Assembly (NCBI GenBank): GCA_028713575.1
Contig: JAQTOB010000003.1
Location: forward strand, 1 to 32,000
DNA length: 32,000 nucleotides
Direction of reading: 5' to 3'
Source of the DNA: Patescibacteria group bacterium
Lineage (GTDB): Bacteria > Patescibacteriota > Patescibacteriia > UBA2591 > UBA6264
Position numbers and translations under genes: made by a program. Below are positions 25,162 to 32,000 of the stretch, piece by piece. The stretch's first letter is position 1, and each line of letters starts with the position of its first letter. The notes beneath the pieces are model-generated. The model was not told the DNA's origin. It did not search any database and worked only from the letters and a program-made list of their open reading frames with translations.

Positions 25162-25360
25162 AAAAAATAATAATAAATAAACTAATAGTAAAACCAATCA
25201 ATTCGATTATTATGGTTTTGCGATTATTAATATCCTCTCATTAAAACCGCTTTTCTAGGACGGATTTACTCTTATTAAAACGATGAATAAAATAATGATG
25301 AGCTATAATTATAGGCGTTGCCAAAACACTAATTAAAAATAAAATTTTTATGTTACAGAT
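25153..25360 (-). pseudogene. Degenerate paralog of the 67-aa membrane protein gene at 27004..27207
   Basis: Own translation: ..NIKILFLISVLATPIIIAHHYFIHRFNKSKSVLEKRF**EDINNRKTIIIELIGFTISLFIIIFYE. The intact copy reads ..LKSILLLIGVLSVPLIVLHRRFIHRLDKDKSPLEKWFQWEDVNNHETVVMMIIGFIIGLLVCYLL. There is no ATG, and CAA TGG (QW) is replaced by TAA TGA. Confidence 0.7.
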
Positions 25361-25370
25361 TTATGATAAA

Positions 25371-25838
25371 TTATTTTTTGACTAGCCAAGAACTGGACTG
25401 AATTTTTCCCCTTTTGCCTATGTTATAAATCATCTTAATTCCCAGCCGTTTACAAAGCTCAACTTCCGGCACTGGATCGCCGTCAGGCTTGCGGTCGCCG
25501 CCATTAGCAAAAATGTTTGGCCGCAATTTTTTTAACTCGCAACAAACGCTTTTATCTATGTCATCTGGTTTGTGTTTGGTTAAAATCACCCTGTCTACTA
25601 ATCGCAATGCTTTTAAAATTTCTTTTCGCTCCGCCTGTGGCATAAAAACATAGCCCTTCTTTTTCTTCAACCAATTATCATTATTTAAAATCACTACCAA
25701 TTCATCGCCCAACATTTTTGCCTCGTTAATCATATCTATGTGCCCTATATGCAAGGGGTCAAATCCTCCGCTTACCGCCACAATAATTTTTTTCTTTCGC
25801 TTGTTAATTTCCCTGTCCATATTCTTATCTATTATCAC
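25371..25838 (-). CDS. Cytidylyltransferase-like nucleotidyltransferase (HxGH superfamily; TagD/RfaE-domain-II/RibL-like)
   Basis: VAVSGGFDPLHIGHIDMI (HxGH), ANGGDR, and C-terminal SSS motif region. 14-bp overlap with the upstream MazG-like gene. Confidence 0.8.
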   Translation of the reverse strand: MIIDKNMDREINKRKKKIIVAVSGGFDPLHIGHIDMINEAKMLGDELVVILNNDNWLKKKKGYVFMPQAERKEILKALRLVDRVILTKHKPDDIDKSVCCELKKLRPNIFANGGDRKPDGDPVPEVELCKRLGIKMIYNIGKRGKIQSSSWLVKK

Positions 25839-26154
25839 CGTTTCCGAAAAGCCTGTTTCTTTTTTTCCGCGATATCAATTTTCTGATGTTGGCTAAAGCC
25901 AATTCATCTAAGGAAATATCCAATTCCGCGGACACCTGAGACACATACCAAAGGACGTCCCCCAGTTCTTTTTTTATTTCCCGCTTAGTTCTTTTGTCCA
26001 CAATGCCGCCCTTTTCTCTTAAAACTTTTTTAATTTTTTCCGCCACTTCGCCGCTCTCACCCACTAACCCTAAAACAGGATAAATAAAATTTTTTCCTTT
26101 GTTTGGATAAACCGCTGTTTTTCTTGATTTTTTTTGATATTCATTAAAATTCAT
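25825..26154 (-). CDS. MazG-like nucleoside triphosphate pyrophosphohydrolase (small single-domain type)
   Basis: LGLVGESGEVAEKIKK ... ELGDVLWYV, the EExxE/D helical motifs of the MazG family. Confidence 0.8.
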   Translation of the reverse strand: MNFNEYQKKSRKTAVYPNKGKNFIYPVLGLVGESGEVAEKIKKVLREKGGIVDKRTKREIKKELGDVLWYVSQVSAELDISLDELALANIRKLISRKKRNRLFGNGDNR

Positions 26155-26243
26155 AGCTTAAAATTAAATTTTATGATTTATGATAAGGCGCCCCCCATCG
26201 GTCCAGTGTCCCCATCAGTCCGAATAGATTCGCCCTAATCAAT

Positions 26244-26984
26244 TCACCCTATAAACTTCTGAAATTTTTGGTAAAATCTCGGTTTAATTAGAACTGAAAG
26301 TCCCAAATGTCCGCCCTTTTTTAAAGACAAAATTTTACAGCCTGTCATCCGGGCAAATTTCTTTGTCGGGCCAGAAGAAACAATTTTATCATCATCAGTT
26401 ACAATAATAAAAATTTTTTGGCCATTAATTCTATTAATAGCCGTCATGGGATTGTAAAATTTACCTGATTTTAATTTTCCCCAGTCCTTTTGCTTAAAGC
26501 GATAACCATTTCTAAAGGCCATTGAAACAAATTTTCCCATCCAATCAAGCGGTTCTGTTTTCATTTTTACCCGCCAATCTATAACCGGAGAAAACGCCAC
26601 CGCTCTGGTAATTCGCGCATCGGACGAACTCAGTAAAACAGCGGGACCGCCGAAACTTGAACCGACAAGAAAAATTTTACCCGGTTTTACTTTATAAATT
26701 TTTCCATCCCATAAATTTTTAAATCCCTTGGGTAATTCATCTATAATATCAAGGATATCTTGATGGGGGGAAATTTTAAGAAACGAACCGTCGCTTTCCC
26801 AGGTGCCGCGATATCTGGGATTAAAGACCCAAAAACCCTTTTGCGCAAGAAAAATCATCAATTCCTTTATTGCCGGATAAGAAGGCATACCTCCGCAAAG
26901 AATTATAACCCTTGATGATTTATGCTTTGACGGCAAAAATTCGCAAATGATTTCTTTTTTAAACCGTGTACGAAAAAGATACAT
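26244..26984 (-). CDS. Alpha/beta-fold hydrolase (S9/dienelactone-hydrolase-like)
   Basis: Nucleophile elbow LVGSSFGG (GxSxG), later DDDK Asp and GGHLG His candidates. Confidence 0.7.
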   Translation of the reverse strand: MYLFRTRFKKEIICEFLPSKHKSSRVIILCGGMPSYPAIKELMIFLAQKGFWVFNPRYRGTWESDGSFLKISPHQDILDIIDELPKGFKNLWDGKIYKVKPGKIFLVGSSFGGPAVLLSSSDARITRAVAFSPVIDWRVKMKTEPLDWMGKFVSMAFRNGYRFKQKDWGKLKSGKFYNPMTAINRINGQKIFIIVTDDDKIVSSGPTKKFARMTGCKILSLKKGGHLGLSVLIKPRFYQKFQKFIG

Positions 26985-27003
26985 ATTTCAAAAACATAAA
27001 CAT

Positions 27004-27207
27004 CTATAAAAGATAACAAACGAGCAAACCGATAATAAAACCGATAATCATCATTACGACCGTTTCGTGATTGTTGACGTCTTCCCATTGAAACCATTTT
27101 TCCAACGGGGATTTATCTTTATCAAGACGATGAATGAAACGGCGGTGAAGGACAATCAAGGGCACTGACAAAACGCCAATCAATAATAAAATGCTTTTAA
27201 GTCCCAT
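27004..27207 (-). CDS. Small two-TM membrane protein (67 aa), unknown function
   Basis: Two hydrophobic segments flank a charged loop (HRRFIHRLDKDKSPLEKWFQWEDVNNHE). A recognisable degenerate paralog at 25153-25360 supports that this is a real gene family. Confidence 0.6.
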   Translation of the reverse strand: MGLKSILLLIGVLSVPLIVLHRRFIHRLDKDKSPLEKWFQWEDVNNHETVVMMIIGFIIGLLVCYLL

Positions 27208-27231
27208 AAACTATATTTTATTCCCCCGTAT

Positions 27232-27942
27232 TTAAAACTTCAAATACTTTTCCCACTTTTCATATAAAGCCCCGGTGGCCCGCAAATCACCGACGTTATA
27301 TCTGGCAATGTCTAAGAACCTTTTTTCTTTAAACAATTTTCCCACATCATCGCCGGTTACGCCCTGCGCCTTGGGGCTAGTAATACCGAAAGCGCGACTC
27401 CAAAGATGAAGATTGCCTTTACGCTTAACTGCACCGTAAAAAGACAGTTGGTCAAGCAAATCAATATGTTTGGCTTCAAATTTTTGGCTATTTAAATAAC
27501 GATTAGACATTAAGTCTTTGGTTGGTTTAACCCCGTGAATGGCCGAACGAATCATTAGAAATGGCACGTCAAAAGACCGACCGTTAAAACTGATAAATTC
27601 CTGATATTCATTCGCTCCCTGCCAAAAGTTTTCCAACATCTTTTTTTCCGGCAAAGGACAAAAGCGAATATTATTTTCTTCTAATTCTTTTTCATTTGTT
27701 TTCGGCGATTGGTAATAAACCACACCTTTGTCCTTTTCGTAATCTAAAACGCCAATAGCCACGATTTCGCCAGTTAAAGGAGAAAACCCCAAACCGTCTT
27801 TTAATTCTTTAAGGGCCTCGGCGTAATCCGATTCGTTGAGCGATTCTTTTTTAATCCAGCGAGTTAGACTTTCTTGAGTAATCGTATCAAGTTGTTCAAA
27901 GTCCTCGCCAATGGTTTCAATGTCAAAAATTAACTTAGCCAT
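27232..27942 (-). CDS. RNase H-fold 3'-5' exonuclease related to the PolB exonuclease domain
   Basis: Exo I LIFDIET, Exo II ISFNGRSFDVPFL, Exo III YNVGDLRAT (YxxxD). Confidence 0.75.
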   Translation of the reverse strand: MAKLIFDIETIGEDFEQLDTITQESLTRWIKKESLNESDYAEALKELKDGLGFSPLTGEIVAIGVLDYEKDKGVVYYQSPKTNEKELEENNIRFCPLPEKKMLENFWQGANEYQEFISFNGRSFDVPFLMIRSAIHGVKPTKDLMSNRYLNSQKFEAKHIDLLDQLSFYGAVKRKGNLHLWSRAFGITSPKAQGVTGDDVGKLFKEKRFLDIARYNVGDLRATGALYEKWEKYLKF

Positions 27943-28122
27943 AAATTTTTCTTATTTATTTTTTATTTTTTATTTGGAGTCTAACTCCCTAAACATCCCT
28001 TCTAAAATTCGCACCAATAAAAAGTTGTAAAGCAAAAATTTCAATTTGGTGCGATTTTGATTGATTTTCAATTTTCATTTAATTTTCTTTTAAAAAAACC
28101 GTATTCCCTAAAAAAACATCTC

Positions 28123-28971
28123 TTATTTCTCCACCACCAGCATTATTTTATCTCCTTTTAAAACTTCTTGGGCTTTTTGGTCTTTGTCTAATTCGCAATT
28201 TTTCTCCGATTCAAGCGGCCAGTCGTGAATAGCGTTCAAAAGAATGTCTTCTTTATAAATGAAATCTTTTCCTTTTTTAGTGCCGGGGTCATTGGTAATA
28301 AATTCGTCGTCTTTATATCCTTTAACCACCAACATATGATAAGCTGGGCCTGGTGTTTTATAATAAGGATTCTTTAACAGCCGGCCAGCAGTGGGCAAAA
28401 TTACCAAACTTCCTTTATTCAATTCCTTTCTAACATCATTTGTCTCTTCAACTTGAGTAAAATATATTTTATCCATTTTAAAATATTCTTGCGCCAATTC
28501 TTTGACCCTTTTAATATTCAAATCATAATGTCCGCCCCAATTCTCTATCTGCCATTTAACTAAACTCTGGATTTCTTTTTCCGCTTGCTCCAGCGTCAAA
28601 AGGCGATTACTTCGCCAATATTCAGCCATAATTAAAGTCGCTTCCTCGCAGGCTTCATTGTGTAAATCGTCCCAAACGGCAAACGGGGCCTGAACAGTAA
28701 AAGGAACTTCTAAATCAACTTCTTCTTTTATTTCTTCTTTTATTTCTCCCGCTTGTTCCTCTTTGGTTATTTCCGGCTCAATGACGTTAAATTCATTAAC
28801 AAGCGGCTCTGTTCGCGGGACCGGCTCTAATCCTTCTTCTGATAAAACATTTGATGACGTCTTGGGCATAAAAATCCAAAAGTCAAAAACAAAAACCGTG
28901 GCCAAAACAACAAAACCAATAATTATTTTTTGTAAAACTTTTTTTCTTTTTAATCTTAAGTCCCTAATCAT
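28123..28971 (-). CDS. Membrane-anchored C39-like (Peptidase_C39_2/BtrH-like) cysteine peptidase
   Basis: N-terminal TM. FTVQAPFAVWDDLHNEACEEATLIMAEYW (Cys motif), YHMLVVKGY (His), ITNDPG. Confidence 0.7.
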   Translation of the reverse strand: MIRDLRLKRKKVLQKIIIGFVVLATVFVFDFWIFMPKTSSNVLSEEGLEPVPRTEPLVNEFNVIEPEITKEEQAGEIKEEIKEEVDLEVPFTVQAPFAVWDDLHNEACEEATLIMAEYWRSNRLLTLEQAEKEIQSLVKWQIENWGGHYDLNIKRVKELAQEYFKMDKIYFTQVEETNDVRKELNKGSLVILPTAGRLLKNPYYKTPGPAYHMLVVKGYKDDEFITNDPGTKKGKDFIYKEDILLNAIHDWPLESEKNCELDKDQKAQEVLKGDKIMLVVEK

Positions 28972-28982
28972 ATCAAAACTAT

Positions 28983-29453
28983 TTATTTAAATATCCAGAA
29001 TTTCTGGATAATAAAACGAAAAAACAAAACAATGATCGCCGCCAAAGCTTTGCCTAAAAGGTCATAAATGTTCCCCGTTTCCACAAAAATATAAAGCAAA
29101 AACTGATAAAAAATCATACCCCCGACTCCGCCGATAATCCAAAATTTAAGATATTGAGAAGCTACATTTTTCCCTTGATTTTTAAAAACCCAATTCTTAT
29201 TAACAATAAAACTGGCTACAGCGCCGACGGACATTGAAACAAAATTAGCCCAAAGATAGTGAATTTGCCAAAATAAAAAAACTCTGGTCAAAAAAATATA
29301 AACGGCAAAATCAAGCAGGGTTAACAATCCACCGGAAATAATGAATTTAACCAATTGCCTTAAATAAAGTTTTTGACCGATAATCGGAATTTTATAAAGA
29401 AGATTATCTGTCCAAAAAAATAATTCTTTTATCTTTAAAAATGGATTTTTCAT
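28983..29453 (-). CDS. GtrA-family membrane protein (polyprenyl-phosphate-sugar handling)
   Basis: Four TM segments and VKFIISGGLLTLLDFAVYIFL, typical of GtrA-like proteins. 4-bp overlap with mltG. Confidence 0.8.
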   Translation of the reverse strand: MKNPFLKIKELFFWTDNLLYKIPIIGQKLYLRQLVKFIISGGLLTLLDFAVYIFLTRVFLFWQIHYLWANFVSMSVGAVASFIVNKNWVFKNQGKNVASQYLKFWIIGGVGGMIFYQFLLYIFVETGNIYDLLGKALAAIIVLFFRFIIQKFWIFK

Positions 29454-30520
29454 TTTAGATAAAGCCCTTTATTCCAATTATGCTCAGTAATGGTTCGGCT
29501 AAAAATCATTTTACCTTCAGGCGTAGAAAGAAAACAACAATAATCATTTTCTAATGGTTCTACGGCCGCTTGGATAGAGGCGAGTCCGGGGTTATTAATC
29601 GGCCCCGGAGGCAAACCTGGATGAAGATAAGTGTTATAGGGAGAAGATATTCTTGTGTCCTCGTAGCTTAATCTTTCTTTAGGAGAACCAAGAATATAAT
29701 TAATTGTGGCACAGGACTCTAATGCCCAGCCTTCTCTAAGTCGACGCCAAAAAATGTCACTAACTAAACGACGGTCCTGTTCTAAAGCGGCTTCTTTTTC
29801 AATCAAAGAGGCCATAATCATTACTTCATGAATGGTTTTCCCCTTTTCCTTAATTTTTTTTCTAATTTCGGTGTTTAATTTTTGATTAAAATTATCCAAC
29901 ATTTTTTCTATTATTATTTGAGAGGTCGTTTCTTGATAAAAACGATAAGTGTCTGGAAACAGATATCCTTGCAATATGGCCTTTTCGTCGTATTCGCCAT
30001 AATCTATGCCATTTAAAAATTCATACTTAACAAACAAGGCGTTATCTCGGCTAATTTCCATTAATGTGGCAAAAAAATCATCTTTTATCAGCCCTTCTTT
30101 TTCTAAAATATATTTTAATTCCATATTTGTTCCGCCCTCAATAATCGTAACTGTCTTCTCTGGCGCCAAGGGTGAATTAGTTAAGGTTTTAATTAAATCT
30201 CTTAAACTAAGGTTTGTGTTTAAATAATATTCTCCCGGCCAAAAATCATTTTTAGCCTGAGTTAAAATGGCGTAAATTTTAAAAAATAAAGCGTTCTTTA
30301 CCAAACCCTGTTCTTTTAATTTTTCCCCTATCTCTCTAATGCCCTCTCCTTTTTCAATGGTTAGAGATTTTACTTCTTGGCCAAATTCTTCTGTTTCTTG
30401 TTGCTCCTGTTCAAAATTAAAAACCGGCATTTCTAAATGGTCTTTTTGAAATAAAAAATGCAATAAAATTACAACAAAAACAAAAAATAAATATCCTAAA
30501 ATAATTCCTTTTTTAGACAT
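29450..30520 (-). CDS. mltG: Endolytic murein transglycosylase MltG (YceG-like)
   Basis: N-terminal TM, MASLIEKEA, SPYNTYLHPGLPPGPINNPG. Confidence 0.9.
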   Translation of the reverse strand: MSKKGIILGYLFFVFVVILLHFLFQKDHLEMPVFNFEQEQQETEEFGQEVKSLTIEKGEGIREIGEKLKEQGLVKNALFFKIYAILTQAKNDFWPGEYYLNTNLSLRDLIKTLTNSPLAPEKTVTIIEGGTNMELKYILEKEGLIKDDFFATLMEISRDNALFVKYEFLNGIDYGEYDEKAILQGYLFPDTYRFYQETTSQIIIEKMLDNFNQKLNTEIRKKIKEKGKTIHEVMIMASLIEKEAALEQDRRLVSDIFWRRLREGWALESCATINYILGSPKERLSYEDTRISSPYNTYLHPGLPPGPINNPGLASIQAAVEPLENDYCCFLSTPEGKMIFSRTITEHNWNKGLYLK

Positions 30521-30561
30521 AATTCCTTTTAAAAATTAAAATAACTTAATTCTTTCAAAAT

Positions 30562-30600
30562 CCCGATTAGAAATTATGTTAACATAGAATCTCTAACGGG
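30562..30600 (-). terminator. Hairpin downstream of the small basic ORF
   Basis: CCCG(A)TTAG ... CTAACGGG, an 8-bp stem with one bulge and a long loop. On minus it is followed by ATTTTGAAAG. Confidence 0.3.
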
Positions 30601-30631
30601 ATAAATTTGATTAAATTTTAAGTCCTAAATT

Positions 30632-30772
30632 TTAAATTTTGGAAATGTTAAATTTTCTATATAATTCTTGAAATAATTTTTTTTGCGTGTTATAATCCAA
30701 AGATTCTCGGCGAAGACGAGCTTTTTCTTGACGAATGTATTTTCTAAGACCCTTGGAAAATCTCTTGGACAT
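30632..30772 (-). CDS. Hypothetical small basic protein (46 aa from ATG 30772; the track starts at a TTG at 30817)
   Basis: MSKRFSKGLRKYIRQEKARLRRESLDYNTQKKLFQELYRKFNISKI. Only ORF and charge evidence; no family recognised. Confidence 0.3.
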   Translation of the reverse strand: MSKRFSKGLRKYIRQEKARLRRESLDYNTQKKLFQELYRKFNISKI

Positions 30773-30845
30773 AAATTTATTACTAACATTAATATCATAA
30801 CTAGATTTTAGAAACAAAACAAGCCCTAAGATTATCCTGCGGAAT

Positions 30846-30873
30846 TTGTAATTTTAATAAATTAAAGTATAAT
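30846..30873 (+). promoter_or_regulatory. Promoter abutting the trxB ATG (leaderless-type)
   Basis: TTGTAA (30846-30851), 16 nt, TATAAT (30868-30873). ATG at 30880 leaves 6 nt, so the A of the ATG falls at the expected +1. Confidence 0.45.
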
Positions 30874-30879
30874 AAAAAT

Positions 30880-31821
30880 ATGATTTACGACTTAGTTATT
30901 ATTGGGGCCGGGCCCGCCGGTCTGACCGCTTCAATTTATGCCTCTCGTTATGGTTTAAAAAATCTAATTATTGGTCGCACCCCTGGCGGCACTGCTACTG
31001 AAGCTTATCGGGTAGAAAATTATCCGGGCTGTTCGGCAATGACCGGGAATGAATTGATGAGAAAGGTTCTTTCCCAGGCAAAAGAATATCAAGCAGAACT
31101 AATTAACGCCGAGGTAAAGGAAGTCAAAAAAGAAAAAAATTTTTTCACCGTCAAAACCGACACCCGTCGTTCCTTTAGGGCGAAAACTATTGTTCTTGCC
31201 ATGGGATTGCGTCGCCGAACCCTTGGTGTTCCAGGAGAAAAAGAATTTTTTAACCGAGGCGTCGCTTATTGCCCTACCTGCGATGGGCCTCTTTTCAAAG
31301 ATAAGGTTGTGGCCGTAGTTGGCGGCGGAGACAGCGCCCTGACTTCTTGTTTGTTTCTTTCAAAAATAGCCAAAAAAGTTTATCTCATTCACTGTCTGCA
31401 ATATTTTGAGGGGCAAAAAATTTGGCAAGAAAAAATCAATCAAGAAAAAAAAATCGTCAAAATTTTCCCCCGAAGAATAGAAGAAATACATGGCCAACGA
31501 TTTCTGACTCACGTTATCTTAAATAAACAATATAAAAACAAAAAAAGACTAAACCTTGATGGCCTTTTTATTGAAATTGGGTCTCTGCCGGCGGAACAAG
31601 AAACAAAATTTATTTTGGGTTTAAAAATAAAAAGGGATCGCTCTGGATATGTAATAATTAATGACTCGGGACAAACAAACGTTTCTGGTTTGTTCGCGGC
31701 CGGCGACCTTACCGCTCCAGCTAATAAATTAAGGCAAATCATTACCGCTTCGGCTGAAGGAGCCATCGCTGCCAAGGGGGTTCAAGATTTTTTGGCCAAA
31801 AACCGACTTAAAACAAGTTGA
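30880..31821 (+). CDS. trxB: Thioredoxin-disulfide reductase family flavoprotein (low-Mr TrxR type)
   Basis: DLVIIGAGPAGLTASIYASR (FAD), redox CPTCDG, VVGGGDSA, C-terminal GDLTAP...QIITASAEGAIAA. The HRRxxxR motif is replaced (see findings). Confidence 0.9.
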   Translation: MIYDLVIIGAGPAGLTASIYASRYGLKNLIIGRTPGGTATEAYRVENYPGCSAMTGNELMRKVLSQAKEYQAELINAEVKEVKKEKNFFTVKTDTRRSFRAKTIVLAMGLRRRTLGVPGEKEFFNRGVAYCPTCDGPLFKDKVVAVVGGGDSALTSCLFLSKIAKKVYLIHCLQYFEGQKIWQEKINQEKKIVKIFPRRIEEIHGQRFLTHVILNKQYKNKKRLNLDGLFIEIGSLPAEQETKFILGLKIKRDRSGYVIINDSGQTNVSGLFAAGDLTAPANKLRQIITASAEGAIAAKGVQDFLAKNRLKTS

Positions 31822-32000
31822 TAAAGCAAAAGGGTTACGGCGGAAAAAATCATTATATCTGCGATATTTATAACAACAAAAAAGAAATCAAGATAATCTA
31901 TTACCGCCCCATATTTAAATCTATCTAATAAATTACTAAAGGCGCCGACTAAAATGGCGGTCCAAGAGAAAACTTCAAAAGTTTTCCCTTTTTCATAGGC
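31782..32000 (-). CDS. lspA: Lipoprotein signal peptidase (signal peptidase II), C-terminal part; N-terminus beyond the window
   Basis: Own translation of the minus strand from 32000: AYEKGKTFEVFSWTAILVGAFSNLLDRFKYGAVIDYLDFFFVVINIADIMIFSAVTLLLYQLVLSRFLAKKS*. The GAxSNLxDR...VxDy...xNxAD motifs are present. TGA stop at 31784-31782. Confidence 0.85.
   Translation of the reverse strand, partial: AYEKGKTFEVFSWTAILVGAFSNLLDRFKYGAVIDYLDFFFVVINIADIMIFSAVTLLLYQLVLSRFLAKKS

Noticed and set aside
25240-25250. Alternative genetic code (stop-codon reassignment) suggested by in-frame TAA TGA within a conserved frame
   Set aside because: TGA and TAA terminate many full-length, well-conserved genes here at the expected lengths (ruvC, trxB, lspA, mltG), and TGG encodes Trp in conserved positions. 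The locus also lacks a start codon, so a pseudogene is the simpler reading.
28005-28060. Long-loop hairpin TCGCACCAA...TTGGTGCGA between the C39-like and exonuclease genes as a riboswitch or ncRNA
   Set aside because: It is a single 9-bp stem with a 27-nt A-rich loop and no further conserved-looking structure. It is most simply a weak terminator or processing hairpin for the upstream minus-strand gene.
31509-31775. Minus-strand ORF 31509..31775
   Set aside because: It is antisense to the conserved C-terminal FAD-binding region of trxB. The genuine minus-strand gene nearby is lspA, in a different frame starting at 31782.
1-32000. tRNA, rRNA, tmRNA, transposase/integrase, prophage or integron signatures
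   Set aside because: No T-loop-like GGTTCGAATCC/GTTCAAATC contexts with cloverleaf partners were seen by eye, and no recombinase-like ORFs or terminal inverted repeats flank a gene block. A tRNAscan/Infernal run is still needed for certainty.

Overview
AT-rich, gene-dense bacterial window with short intergenic spacers and many 4-14 bp gene overlaps. No rRNA, tRNA, CRISPR array, transposase or integrase was seen by eye. The gene content suggests a small-genome Candidate Phyla Radiation/Patescibacteria-type organism, which is inference only: GlgA plus two GH57 paralogs, an archaeal-type PGI/PMI, a LysM-CHAP hydrolase, four small 'pilin'-type membrane proteins, scarce Shine-Dalgarno sequences and -10 boxes abutting ATGs. 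Two truncated edge genes missing from the ORF track were recovered by hand translation: leuS (1..2492, minus) and lspA (31782..32000, minus). Layout: leuS; LysM-CHAP; a minus-strand run yebC-ruvC-glgA-GH57-GH57(UVR)-kinase-like-PHP; a plus-strand glycosylation-type block PGI/PMI, GT-C-like, GT2, GT-C-like; then four convergent tandem TrbC/VirB2-like pilin paralogs. After these come an orphan solute-binding lipoprotein, PBP1A, a 430-bp orphan region with sORFs and hairpins, a mixed minus-strand block (SdpI-like through C39-like peptidase), GtrA, MltG, trxB and lspA. The best candidates for something undescribed are: (1) the pilin-like quartet with no secretion machinery nearby, one member fused to Cys-rich ectodomains and a peptidoglycan-binding domain, next to the glycosylation block; (2) an AT-rich palindromic repeat sitting in-frame inside a membrane-protein CDS with relatives in two intergenic regions; (3) the orphan 24.1-24.5 kb locus, which looks like a leader-peptide attenuator; (4) a GH57-UVR fusion in a tandem GH57 pair. 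All functional calls rest on motif recognition by eye; no searches were run.
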